From an uncultured Pseudomonadota bacterium (GTDB lineage: Bacteria > Pseudomonadota > Alphaproteobacteria > Rs-D84 > CASDRH01): DNA of 64,000 bases. The notes beneath the pieces are model-generated. The model made no database searches. It was not told where the DNA came from and saw only the letters and a program-made list of their open reading frames with translations. Shown one piece after another: positions 1 to 10,139 of this stretch (its first letter is position 1; the number at the start of each line of letters is the position of its first letter). The stretch is from contig CASDRH010000038.1 in assembly GCA_949283075.1 (NCBI GenBank), positions 44,483 to 108,482 on the forward strand, written 5' to 3'. A program made the translations under genes and the position numbers.

Positions 1-782
1 TAAATATAACTACATATAACTTGTGTCGTATAAATATGTTTCTTCATGATATTAATTATAATAAATTTGATATCGCACTTGGAGATACATTGACAAATCC
101 GAAGCATTGGGATGATGAGCCTTTTGATGCTATAGTTTCAAATCCTCCGTATTCAATAAAGTGGGACGGAGATTCGAATCCTTTGTTAATAAATGACCCG
201 CGTTTTTCGCAAGCTGGTATTTTAGCTCCACGTAGTAAGGCAGACTTAGCATTTACGATGCATATATTGTCTTGGTTATCTGAATCAGGTACAGCAGCAA
301 TAGTTGAATTTCCAGGAGTATTATATCGTGGTGGAGCAGAACAAAAGATTCGTAAATATTTGATAGAAAATAATTTTATAGATACGGTAATACAATTACC
401 ACAAAATCTTTTCTTTGGAGTTAGTATTGCGACATGTATTATTGTATTAAAGAAATCTGCAAAGAAAGATAACAACATATTGTTTATAGATGGAAGTAAA
501 GAATTTATTCATTCTGGTAATAAAAATAAGTTATCAAACGATAATATTGACAAAATATTAGAAACTTATAGGAATAGATTACCAATAGAACATTTTGCTA
601 GCTTAATTCCGAATTCAAAAGTTATTGAAAATGATTGTAATTTATCAGTATCTTCATATGTAGAATCAAAAAATACAGAAGAAGAAATAGATATAAATAA
701 ATTGAACTTAGAAATTGCAGAAATTGTAAAAAGGCAATCAAAATTACGTGAGCAAATTGATGCTATAGTTGCAGAATTATAA
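1..782 (+). CDS. hsdM: Type I restriction-modification DNA methyltransferase subunit M; only the C-terminal part is in the window and the 5' end is truncated by the window edge
   Basis: The reading frame is open to position 1. An N6-adenine methyltransferase motif, SNPPYSIKW (NPPY), is present. The gene overlaps the start of the downstream specificity-subunit gene. Confidence 0.85.
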   Translation, partial: NITTYNLCRINMFLHDINYNKFDIALGDTLTNPKHWDDEPFDAIVSNPPYSIKWDGDSNPLLINDPRFSQAGILAPRSKADLAFTMHILSWLSESGTAAIVEFPGVLYRGGAEQKIRKYLIENNFIDTVIQLPQNLFFGVSIATCIIVLKKSAKKDNNILFIDGSKEFIHSGNKNKLSNDNIDKILETYRNRLPIEHFASLIPNSKVIENDCNLSVSSYVESKNTEEEIDINKLNLEIAEIVKRQSKLREQIDAIVAEL

Positions 783-801
783 AAAAGTAAGGATTAGTTT
801 T

Positions 802-1926
802 ATGTCCAAAATTGAAGAATTGATATCAAAATATTGCCCGAATGGTGTTGAGTATAAAGAATTAGGAATGGTATTAGATTATGAACAGCCATCTAAATAT
901 CTTGTTAATTCATCATATTATTGTAATGATGAAAATTTGATACCTGTTCTTACTGCTGGTCAAACTTTTATATTGGGATATACTGATGAAAAATATGGTA
1001 TATATAATGCAAGTAAAGATAATCCTGTAATAATATTTGATGATTTTACAACAGCATCACGTTGGATTGATTTTAATTTTAAAATTAAGTCATCTGCAAT
1101 AAAGTTGCTCACTCCGAAAATAGAATGTGTTTTTAAATATGTTTATTATGCTATGATGGAAATAAAAATTAATAATTTAGAACATTCTAGACAATGGATA
1201 TCTAAATATTCTAAAATTTTAATCCCACTGCCACCAATACCGGTTCAAGAAGAGATTGTTAAAATACTGGATTCTTTTACAGAACTAGAAGCAGAACTAG
1301 AAGCAGAACTAGAAGCAAGAAAAAAACAGTATGAGTATTATAAAAAACAATTATTATCTTTTAATAATGAATATAAAAATTTAAATCATATAAAATATAT
1401 GCCTATTATAGATTTAGCTCCAGTGTATAGAGGTAAACGACTTACAAAATCAGAATTAACTGCAGAGGGAAATTATCCTGTATATCACGGTGGTATTGAA
1501 CCATTAGGATATTATTATTCTAAAAATCGTGATGCTCATACTGTTATGATTATTAATGTAGGAGCATCTGCTGGAACAGTTGGATATAGTGATACTGATT
1601 TTTGGTCATCAGATGGTTGTTTTTGTATAGGTAAATCAGATCTGTTTATACCAAAATACTTATATTATGTTTTATCTTTGAAAGAAAAAGAATTTCGTTC
1701 TAAGGTTAGAAAAGCTGGTATTCCAACATTAGATAATTCTGTTGTTGAGAAAATTGTTGTTCCAATTCCTCCACTTGCTGAACAAGAACGGATTGTTGCA
1801 ATACTTGATAAATTTGATGCTCTGGTTAATGATATTTCTGTTGGATTACCTGCTGAAATTAATGCTCGTCGTAAGCAATATGAATATTGGCGGAATAAAT
1901 TATTAGACTTCAAAAAGGCTGAATGA
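802..1926 (+). CDS. hsdS: Type I R-M specificity subunit S with two target-recognition domains
   Basis: A conserved central repeat region (ELEAELEAELEARKKQYEYYKKQLL) and a C-terminal repeat region (INARRKQYEYWRNKLL) are typical of HsdS. An AAGGA SD precedes the ATG at 802. The gene sits between hsdM and hsdR. Confidence 0.8.
   Translation: MSKIEELISKYCPNGVEYKELGMVLDYEQPSKYLVNSSYYCNDENLIPVLTAGQTFILGYTDEKYGIYNASKDNPVIIFDDFTTASRWIDFNFKIKSSAIKLLTPKIECVFKYVYYAMMEIKINNLEHSRQWISKYSKILIPLPPIPVQEEIVKILDSFTELEAELEAELEARKKQYEYYKKQLLSFNNEYKNLNHIKYMPIIDLAPVYRGKRLTKSELTAEGNYPVYHGGIEPLGYYYSKNRDAHTVMIINVGASAGTVGYSDTDFWSSDGCFCIGKSDLFIPKYLYYVLSLKEKEFRSKVRKAGIPTLDNSVVEKIVVPIPPLAEQERIVAILDKFDALVNDISVGLPAEINARRKQYEYWRNKLLDFKKAE
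1282..1317 (+). repeat. Three perfect tandem copies of a 12-bp unit (GAACTAGAAGCA) encoding (ELEA)x3, in the central conserved region of hsdS
   Basis: Read directly from the sequence. The unit is in frame and perfect in all three copies. Confidence 0.9.
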
Positions 1927-3053
1927 TGGAAAAAAATTTTGAAACAATACAAGATCTTTTCAACTATGTTAAAAAAGATTTTGATGATTCAAATAGAAAA
2001 AATAAAGTTGCTTTAAGACTTATGTTTGCATCTAACACCTCTGGAAAAACGCGTTTGTCGGAGGCTTTTAGAGAAGAAGATAAACAAAATCTTGTAGAAG
2101 ATGATTCTTTAAGTAAGGTTTTATGTTATAACTCTTTCTTTGAAGATTATTTTCACTGGGATAATGAAAAATTTGTATTGAAGCTAGATAAATATTCTTG
2201 GATATCAAAATTTATAGAAGATGAGGGATTAGATGCTCAAATTATTGATAATTTCAAAAATATTACTAATTCTAAATTTAATATAGAATTTAATCAAGAC
2301 GGTGTTTGTTTTGGATATTATCTAGATGGTTATAACGAATTATCTACGATAAAAATTTCAAGAGCAGAAGAAAGTCAATTTATTTGGTGTGTCTTCTATA
2401 CAATTTTAAAAAGGGTAATAGAGTTATTATCAGAAAATAAGGAAAGCCGTTCAACAAATCTGTTTAATGAACTTAAATATATTATTATTGATGATCCAGT
2501 ATCTTCAATGGATGATAATAGGATAATAACACTCGCATTAGATTTAATACAATTAATTAAACAAATAAATATAAATAAACTTAATATATTGATAACAACT
2601 CATCATTGCTTGTTTTACAATATTTTGCATAGTAACTCTATTAAAGAATTTAGTATTAAGAGATCTGTATTAAAGAAAAAAGAAGATAATACACTATCTC
2701 TTGATATTCAAAATAAAGATTCTCCTTTTGCATATCATCTTATCTTATTGGAGGAAATAAAAAAAGCCGTTGATAGTGATAATATAAAAAAATATCATTG
2801 TAACTTTTTAAGAAGTATTTTAGAAAAAACTGCTAATTTTTTTGGATATAATGGTTGGCAGGATTTATTGCATGATAATGCTCTTCAGCATGAGTATATT
2901 GCAAAGCTGTTAAATAGTTATAGTCATAATAGTTTGGCAGAAATAGAATATAGTTCTTTGGAGTTATCTGAAAAAGAGATTTTTAAGAGAGAATTTAATA
3001 ATTTTTTTGAAAAGTTTCACTGGAAGGTTAAGGAGTCTAATGATAAAAATTGA
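1923..3053 (+). CDS. PrrC-like anticodon-nuclease candidate: an ABC-ATPase-like N-domain plus a C-terminal R-x3-E...H nuclease-like motif
   Basis: The N-terminal region has a Walker A-like ASNTSGKT and a Walker B/D-loop IIIDDPVSSMDD. The C-terminal region has LRSILE (R-x3-E) followed about 38 residues later by SYSHNS, resembling the PrrC catalytic R/E/H arrangement. The gene is inserted between hsdS and hsdR, as in the E. coli prr locus. Confidence 0.45.
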   Translation: MMEKNFETIQDLFNYVKKDFDDSNRKNKVALRLMFASNTSGKTRLSEAFREEDKQNLVEDDSLSKVLCYNSFFEDYFHWDNEKFVLKLDKYSWISKFIEDEGLDAQIIDNFKNITNSKFNIEFNQDGVCFGYYLDGYNELSTIKISRAEESQFIWCVFYTILKRVIELLSENKESRSTNLFNELKYIIIDDPVSSMDDNRIITLALDLIQLIKQININKLNILITTHHCLFYNILHSNSIKEFSIKRSVLKKKEDNTLSLDIQNKDSPFAYHLILLEEIKKAVDSDNIKKYHCNFLRSILEKTANFFGYNGWQDLLHDNALQHEYIAKLLNSYSHNSLAEIEYSSLELSEKEIFKREFNNFFEKFHWKVKESNDKN

Positions 3054-6000
3054 TAATATTTCTCAAAATACAAATAGTACTGTTGTAGCAGAATATAAAA
3101 ATGATGGTATTCGCTCAACTAATTATCAATCTGAAGCAGAATTGGAAAAAGAATTTATAAAGTTATTGCAATCGCAATCATATGAATATGTTCATATAAA
3201 AAGTAATGATGATTTAGTTAATAATCTAAGAGCTAAATTATCAGAACTTAATAATTACGAGTTTTCTAATTCTGAATGGAACAAGTTTTTTAATGATAAA
3301 ATTGCTAATAAAAACAATGGAATAGAAGAAAAAACTTCTCTTATCCAAGAAGATTTTATTCAGAATTTGGAAAGAGATAATGGCGAGATAAAAAATATTT
3401 ATTTAATTGATAAAGGAAATATACATAATAATAAATTACAGGTTATCAACCAATATGAAACAGACAATGGACAACGAAAAAATAGGTATGATGTAACTAT
3501 TTTAGTTAATGGTATACCTTTGGTACATATAGAATTAAAACGTCGTGGTGTTGATATAAAAGAAGCTTTTAATCAGATAAATAGATATAACCGTGAAAGT
3601 TTTTGGGCTGATAGTGGTTTGTTTGAATATGTGCAATTATTTGTTATTAGTAATGGAACTTATACAAAATATTACAGCAATACAACAAGAAACCAACATA
3701 TAAAGGAAGCGAAAAATAAAGCTTCTGTAAATATTAAAAAGACAAGTAATAGTTTTGAATTTACTTCTTGGTGGTCTGATGAGAAAAATAAACCTATAAC
3801 TGATTTGATGGATTTTACTAAAACTTTCTTTTCTAAGCATACTTTATTAAGTATTTTGACAAAGTATTGTGTTTTTACTGTTGATAAATTGTTATTAGTA
3901 ATGCGTCCTTATCAAATTGTTGCTACTGAAAAAATTATAAATAAAGTCCAAATTTCACATAATTATAAAAAATATGGTTCTATTGAAGCTGGTGGATATG
4001 TATGGCATACTACTGGTTCTGGTAAGACTTTGACAAGTTTTAAAACGTCGCAATTGGTTGCAAATTTTCCATTTATAAAAAAAGTAATGTTTGTTGTGGA
4101 TCGTAAGGATTTAGATTATCAAACTATGAAAGAATATGATAAATTTGAACAGGGGGCTGCTAATAGTAATACAAATACTGCTATTTTAAAACGTCAGTTA
4201 GAAGATACAAATGTAAAGATAATAATTACTACAATTCAGAAGCTTCATAGATTTATCAATAACAATGGAGATCATAAAATATTTAATGATGAAATTGTTT
4301 TTATTTTTGATGAATGTCATAGATCTCAATTTGGAGATATGCATAAAGCGATTACAAAAAGATTTAAAAAGTATTATTTATTTGGGTTTACAGGAACTCC
4401 TATATTTGCGAAGAATGCTTCTTCAGGAGGTGATATTAAACTAAAAACTACACAGCAAGCTTTTGGAAAGCAGTTGCATACTTATACAATTATTAATGCA
4501 ATTAGAGACAAAAATGTATTACCTTTTAAAGTTGATTATATTTCTACTTTGAGAGAGGCTGAAAATATATCAGATGAAAAAATATCTGATATTAATCGAG
4601 AAAAAATATTGATGGATCCAAAAAGAATTCATAATATTACTGGATATATTTTAGAACATTTTGATCAAAAAACAAAGCGTTCAGATAAAGCATATAATTT
4701 TAGTAAAGTAGATAATATAAAAGAAGTTGTTATTTCAAAAAATAAAGTAAAAGAATCAAAAAAACATGTCTATTTACTCGGTTTTAATTCTTTGTTTTGT
4801 GTTGCTAATATAGATATGGCAAAAGCTTATTATACTGAATTTAAAAAGCAAATGGAGCAATTACCACCTATTAATAGATTAAAAGTAGCTCTTATATACA
4901 GTTTTGGAGTAAATGAAGAAAACGGAATTATAGATGAAAATTCTGAAACAACAGAGGGGTTAGATCAATCTTCACGTGATTTTTTAGAAATTGCTATAAA
5001 GGATTATAATAAAATGTTTAATACAAATTATGATACATCCGCTGATAAATTTCAGAATTATTACAAAGATGTTTCTCTTAGGATGAAGAATAGAGAGATT
5101 GATTTATTAATAGTTGTTAATATGTTTTTGACAGGATTTGATGCTACTACATTAAATACATTATGGGTTGATAAATCGTTGCGTATGCATGGACTATTGC
5201 AAGCATTTTCACGTACAAATAGAATATTAAATTCAGTTAAAACTTATGGAAATATTGTTTGCTTTAGAAATCTTGAAAATATGACAAATGAAGCTTTAGC
5301 TTTATTTGGTGATGAAAATGCTGCTGGAGTTGTTTTATTAAAAACATTTAAAGAGTATTATTCAGATGGTTATAAAGATAAAAATGGGAAATATGTTCCA
5401 AGTTATATAGAGCTTATTCAACAATTACATGAAAAATTTCCAGCAGGAATTGTTATTGAAAGTGAAGAATGTAAAAAAGAATTTATTAAACTTTATAGTG
5501 TGATATTGAAATTAAAGAATATCTTAACTTCATTTGATGAATTTCAAGGAAATGAGATATTGTCTGATAGAGATTATCAAGATTATCACAGTATGTATAT
5601 AGAGCTTTATAATGAATATCGTAATTCAGTAGATAAGGAAAAAGAGGTAGTAAATGATGATATTGTTTTTGAAATGGAACTTATAAAGCAGATAAATATA
5701 AATATTGATTATATATTATCACTTATAAAAAAATATCATAGCTCTCATATGGAAGATAAAGAAATTTTAGTAAGTATATCTAAAGCAATTGATGCAAGTA
5801 TTGAATTACGAAATAAAAAAGATTTAATAATGGCATTTGTAGAAACAATTAATGCAAAAACTGATATAGAACAAGATTGGATTAGTTTTATATCAGAAAA
5901 TCGACAGAAAGAGTTAGATGAGATAATAGAAGATGAGAATTTAAATAAAGAACAAACATATAATTTTATGAAAAATGCTTTTTATAATGGTAATTTGTCA

Positions 6001-6150
6001 ACTGATGGTACAGAGATTGCTGATTTATTACCACCAGTATCTATTTTTGCTGATTCAGATGATAATATAACTGTAAAATTAAAAACTGTTATAAATAAGT
6101 TATTAAATTTCTTTGATAGATTCTTTAATATATCAGATAAAAATTTTTAA
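3040..6150 (+). CDS. hsdR: Type I restriction enzyme R subunit, an SF2 helicase-nuclease
   Basis: A Walker A-like TGSGKT (WHTTGSGKTLTSF) and a DECH box (FIFDECHRSQFG) are present. The length is about 1040 aa. An AAGGAG SD lies 8 nt upstream of the ATG at 3040. The longer ORF from 3007 overlaps the upstream gene. Confidence 0.9.
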   Translation: MIKIDNISQNTNSTVVAEYKNDGIRSTNYQSEAELEKEFIKLLQSQSYEYVHIKSNDDLVNNLRAKLSELNNYEFSNSEWNKFFNDKIANKNNGIEEKTSLIQEDFIQNLERDNGEIKNIYLIDKGNIHNNKLQVINQYETDNGQRKNRYDVTILVNGIPLVHIELKRRGVDIKEAFNQINRYNRESFWADSGLFEYVQLFVISNGTYTKYYSNTTRNQHIKEAKNKASVNIKKTSNSFEFTSWWSDEKNKPITDLMDFTKTFFSKHTLLSILTKYCVFTVDKLLLVMRPYQIVATEKIINKVQISHNYKKYGSIEAGGYVWHTTGSGKTLTSFKTSQLVANFPFIKKVMFVVDRKDLDYQTMKEYDKFEQGAANSNTNTAILKRQLEDTNVKIIITTIQKLHRFINNNGDHKIFNDEIVFIFDECHRSQFGDMHKAITKRFKKYYLFGFTGTPIFAKNASSGGDIKLKTTQQAFGKQLHTYTIINAIRDKNVLPFKVDYISTLREAENISDEKISDINREKILMDPKRIHNITGYILEHFDQKTKRSDKAYNFSKVDNIKEVVISKNKVKESKKHVYLLGFNSLFCVANIDMAKAYYTEFKKQMEQLPPINRLKVALIYSFGVNEENGIIDENSETTEGLDQSSRDFLEIAIKDYNKMFNTNYDTSADKFQNYYKDVSLRMKNREIDLLIVVNMFLTGFDATTLNTLWVDKSLRMHGLLQAFSRTNRILNSVKTYGNIVCFRNLENMTNEALALFGDENAAGVVLLKTFKEYYSDGYKDKNGKYVPSYIELIQQLHEKFPAGIVIESEECKKEFIKLYSVILKLKNILTSFDEFQGNEILSDRDYQDYHSMYIELYNEYRNSVDKEKEVVNDDIVFEMELIKQININIDYILSLIKKYHSSHMEDKEILVSISKAIDASIELRNKKDLIMAFVETINAKTDIEQDWISFISENRQKELDEIIEDENLNKEQTYNFMKNAFYNGNLSTDGTEIADLLPPVSIFADSDDNITVKLKTVINKLLNFFDRFFNISDKNF

Positions 6151-6191
6151 AATTAAATTTCATATTTTGAATAAAAATAAGGAGTATAGAT

Positions 6192-7310
6192 ATGAATGAA
6201 ATTAAAGAACCAAATATATTTAAATATGCAACATCTGAATTATCACAAGACGCTTTTTTATGTTGGTTAATAGAAAATGCAAAAAATGAGTATAAAGAAA
6301 CAGAATTGCATAAATTTGCAAAATTGTTTGTGTCAGAATTATTAGATAATAAAATATCAGAGTTTGAAATAAAAAATATTGAAAAGCAAGATAAAAAAAT
6401 TGATGTGTTTATTGATTTAGAAGATGATAAAGGTAATAAAATAGGAGTAATTATTGAAGATAAGACATCATCATATCTTCACGATGATCAAATATTGAGG
6501 TATGTAGAAAATAAAAAAAAGGAAGATTATAATAAAATATATGTTGTATATTTCAAATCAAGATTTATGTCAAAACAAGAAGAAAAAGATTTGGATAAAT
6601 ACAATGAAGAAAGAAATAAAGATAATTCTAATTATATATTTAATATTTTTAATAATGACAAAATTAATATATTTTTTAATGAAAATGGAAAAGGAATACA
6701 TTATTTATTAGATCAATGGATTTATAATTTTGATCAAAATTATAAAGAAATACAAAATACTATTGAGTATATAAAGAATAATAAATATGACTTTCATGAT
6801 AATTCTCAAAGAAAAGTGTTTTTAGATTATAGAGAAGTTTTTTTAGACTATATAGTTTCTGAAATTCAAAATGATGAAGAATTAAAAACAAAATATAAAG
6901 ATATACGGTGGTATATAACAGATCAAGCAAGGACTCCTCATATAGAAATATATACAAAAAATAAAGATATAAGACAGTATAAGATAGGAACAACTTTATA
7001 TATTATGTTTGATAAAAATGCTTATAATTTATCTATTAAACAACATATATTTACTAAAGATTACAAACGTATTAATGTAAGAAATAATGGATATAAAAAT
7101 GTTCCTTCAAAAGTTATAGAAGAAAAAGAAAAAATTGCTTTAAAGCTATCAAATGTTTGTGAATGGGATGAGCAAAATGATACTAATAAAAGATTAGTTA
7201 TATTTAAAAAAACTTTAAATCAAGAAATAAACGCTAATAATATAATTAACAGTTTAAAAGAAAATAAAGATATTGATAATATTATTCATACACTTGAAAG
7301 TATAGAGTGA
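6192..7310 (+). CDS. Lys-rich hypothetical protein with a PD-(D/E)xK nuclease-like motif
   Basis: The motif DVFIDLEDDKGNKIGVIIEDK (D...IIEDK) matches a PD-(D/E)xK core. The gene sits immediately after hsdR, next to the KAP NTPase. Confidence 0.3.
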   Translation: MNEIKEPNIFKYATSELSQDAFLCWLIENAKNEYKETELHKFAKLFVSELLDNKISEFEIKNIEKQDKKIDVFIDLEDDKGNKIGVIIEDKTSSYLHDDQILRYVENKKKEDYNKIYVVYFKSRFMSKQEEKDLDKYNEERNKDNSNYIFNIFNNDKINIFFNENGKGIHYLLDQWIYNFDQNYKEIQNTIEYIKNNKYDFHDNSQRKVFLDYREVFLDYIVSEIQNDEELKTKYKDIRWYITDQARTPHIEIYTKNKDIRQYKIGTTLYIMFDKNAYNLSIKQHIFTKDYKRINVRNNGYKNVPSKVIEEKEKIALKLSNVCEWDEQNDTNKRLVIFKKTLNQEINANNIINSLKENKDIDNIIHTLESIE

Positions 7311-7393
7311 TATTTAAATTTATTTCAAATATCTATTGTTTTTATTATTATTTGTTAATATCATGTCTGCTATATAACTAATTAGGATATGAT

Positions 7394-9724
7394 ATGAATT
7401 TTATTAAAAAATATTTAAACAAACCATTGTTATGTATAATTAGATTTATTAATCATATTGATAGTATTTATTTTAAAAATTACTATGTAAATCCTGATGA
7501 TATTTACCATATTATTAACAATAATTTAAATAATGAAGATATTTCATATAATGAACAATTAAAAGAATATATTTTAGTTAAATTAATTATCTTATTTAAA
7601 AGTACAATTAAAGTTTCATGTATAGTTGGACTTACTATTTTGATTTTGGGATTATTTAATCTTGTAAATTCTTATTCTTTTATATTTTTATTTGCTATAC
7701 TAATTATAGCCTTATACTGTTTTATTAAATATTTAAAATCTAAGTTAGATATATCTTTTAATAAATCAAAATGTTTTATGATAGAAGGACCATGGGGTAT
7801 AGGTAAAACATATACATTTAATACTAGAATAAAACCGGAATTAGCAAAACTTTTTAAAAATATATATTATGTATCTTTGTCTGGTTTGAAAACTCAAGAT
7901 GAAATCAGAGCTAAAATAATAAGTAAATATAAGATATTCAAAAACTATCACTTCATATTTTTCATATTAGGAGTGTCTTTTTTTATACTTTGGCTTTTTG
8001 CTTTTGTTAATACTAAAGATAGTTTAGCTTTATATAATCAATGTGATAATTGTTTAATTATATCTTTTAATTATTTTCCTAATTTTATATCTAATAAGAT
8101 AATAGAGTTATGGCCGTATATTGGAACTCTTATAAAAACACAATATTTAGAAAATATTATTCAAATAGTTCTATGGATAACAATTGGATATTGGGTATTA
8201 TGTTTACTTGGTTATAAATTTCTTATAAGTTTTATATCAAGCCTATCTAAAAAACACTTCGGTTTTGATATAGCTGATGAAAAATTAGATTTAACATTTA
8301 TAAATAATAAAGATACATTACTTGTATTTGATGATTTAGAAAGAGTTGCCGAAGATACAGATATAAAAAGCATACTAGGCTTTATTGGTAATTTAAAAGA
8401 GGTATATGGATTTAATATTATTTTAATCTGCAATGAAGAAGAGCTTAAAAAAGTATACGAAAGAGATAACTATCAAGTTGAGTTTATAAGTAAAAAAATA
8501 GATGGGCAAGAGGTGCAAATTCCTAAATATGATAAAAATAAGGATGTTAATAATAATTATAAAAGATATAAAGAAAAATTTGTTGATAAGACTTTATATA
8601 AAACTTTGGAATTTAGATTAAAAGTAAAAATATTTAAAGATAAATTTGATGAATATGGTGGGATTTTAATTCTAAAATTTGTAAAAAATATAGAGAATAC
8701 TATAATTTATTCATATGATAAATATGGTGAGAAAGAATATAAAGATGCATTTATAGATAAAATTAAAACAGATATTAGACTTTGGCAAAGAATTGTTGAT
8801 AATATTGATTATTTAATTCAGGAAACAAAGTTTTTTGAAAATATTATAGATGATTTAAAGTATGATAAAAATTGCAAATATTTTTATAATGAAAAAAATA
8901 ATACATATATTTTAGAAGAAGATTTAAAAGATATTGTAATATATATATTATTCTTTTCTGTTGAATATTCTTATGGATCACTTTTAGATTTTAAAGAATA
9001 TGTGATGTGTAGTTATGAATATGCTAAGTATAAAGATAATAAGAATTTAAATACCTTATATAAAGATCATAAGTACTATTTTTTATACAAAAAATTGTCT
9101 TTTATTGCTATAAATACTTCAAATATCTATATAGCAAATATGGCTTATAATTTAGTAATTGGCAAATTTGAAGATGTTAATGCAGATAAATTACTTCAAA
9201 ATAAGTCTGAAGTTTTATTAAGGTATATATTTAAACACTTAGTGTTGTCAAATATATTAGATGATAATAATAAAAAATATTTTATTAATAATTTTTCTGA
9301 AATATCAGAGTTTAGCGTGGATAATTGGGAAATAATCAAGGGATTTATACGTAATCATACATTTGATCAAAATGAAGAAGATAAATTTATAGATGAGTTT
9401 AAAAAATTAATAAAAAAATCTGATATATTTATGTTTTATAGATATTCTCCAAATTATTCTATAAATACAGATAATGAGTTTTTAAATAGAGTTTATAATA
9501 TTTGTTTAGAATATCTAAATAAAAATAGATTAATTAAAACAAAGGAATATTTTGATTCTTTATCTGAGACAAAAACAATAATTAAAAATGATATTATAGA
9601 TTTATTATTTTCTGAAGAATTTAAAACAGATGCTGAAGATTATGTAAAAAAATATCCTATAACTAATAAACAAATAATAGATTATTTAAAAAGTAATGAT
9701 GTTTTTAGGCATTTAAAGTCATAG
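7394..9724 (+). CDS. KAP-family P-loop NTPase with transmembrane segments inserted in the NTPase domain
   Basis: Walker A is EGPWGIGKTYTF. Walker B is LLVFDDLERV (the KAP hhhhDDLDR type). Hydrophobic helices lie before the Walker A motif and again between Walker A and Walker B. Confidence 0.65.
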   Translation: MNFIKKYLNKPLLCIIRFINHIDSIYFKNYYVNPDDIYHIINNNLNNEDISYNEQLKEYILVKLIILFKSTIKVSCIVGLTILILGLFNLVNSYSFIFLFAILIIALYCFIKYLKSKLDISFNKSKCFMIEGPWGIGKTYTFNTRIKPELAKLFKNIYYVSLSGLKTQDEIRAKIISKYKIFKNYHFIFFILGVSFFILWLFAFVNTKDSLALYNQCDNCLIISFNYFPNFISNKIIELWPYIGTLIKTQYLENIIQIVLWITIGYWVLCLLGYKFLISFISSLSKKHFGFDIADEKLDLTFINNKDTLLVFDDLERVAEDTDIKSILGFIGNLKEVYGFNIILICNEEELKKVYERDNYQVEFISKKIDGQEVQIPKYDKNKDVNNNYKRYKEKFVDKTLYKTLEFRLKVKIFKDKFDEYGGILILKFVKNIENTIIYSYDKYGEKEYKDAFIDKIKTDIRLWQRIVDNIDYLIQETKFFENIIDDLKYDKNCKYFYNEKNNTYILEEDLKDIVIYILFFSVEYSYGSLLDFKEYVMCSYEYAKYKDNKNLNTLYKDHKYYFLYKKLSFIAINTSNIYIANMAYNLVIGKFEDVNADKLLQNKSEVLLRYIFKHLVLSNILDDNNKKYFINNFSEISEFSVDNWEIIKGFIRNHTFDQNEEDKFIDEFKKLIKKSDIFMFYRYSPNYSINTDNEFLNRVYNICLEYLNKNRLIKTKEYFDSLSETKTIIKNDIIDLLFSEEFKTDAEDYVKKYPITNKQIIDYLKSNDVFRHLKS

Positions 9725-9868
9725 TTTTATGTTTGAATATAATTGTAAAGGGAATTACAGATTTAGATATAAAATAAGATTTAAAAAATTTTTTGAGAAA
9801 GAATAAAGATAAAATTTAATAAAGTTGTTATAAAAATATATTTTTTTATACTTTTGTAAAATTTATGA

Positions 9869-10105
9869 TTGTCTTTTACTCTTATAAGTTTTGTAGCTTA
9901 TAATTCATTTGCTTTTGATGAATTAGGAAATGAAGTTATAGATAAAAGAGTTGTAAAAGAATTAGATGGTATTGGAGAAAAATCTGATATCAATAAACAA
10001 GATAATGTAAAGGCTGAAAATTCTGTTAAAATATCTTCTTCTGAAAATAGAGATGATAAATTACAGCAGACTAAATATGATGAACAATTAAAAGAATATA
10101 AATAA
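9869..10105 (+). CDS. Small hypothetical protein, acidic and lysine-rich
   Basis: ORF only; no recognisable motif. Confidence 0.2.
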   Translation: MSFTLISFVAYNSFAFDELGNEVIDKRVVKELDGIGEKSDINKQDNVKAENSVKISSSENRDDKLQQTKYDEQLKEYK

Positions 10106-10139
10106 AGAAGAAAAAGATGAAATATAATATTTATCTTAA

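Noticed and set aside
56-478. 140-aa minus-strand ORF inside hsdM. The same class of antisense ORFs appears at 1665-1952, 3637-3840, 6760-6993, 8212-8433, 19244-19495, 20340-20912, 21827-22258, 23482-24944, 25527-26225, 29260-30997, 42675-43181, 44014-44223 and elsewhere.
   Set aside because: All are embedded in and antisense to, or out of frame with, well-supported conserved genes. They are low-complexity and Leu/Phe/Ile-rich, as expected from the AT-rich antisense strand. They have no SD and no motifs.
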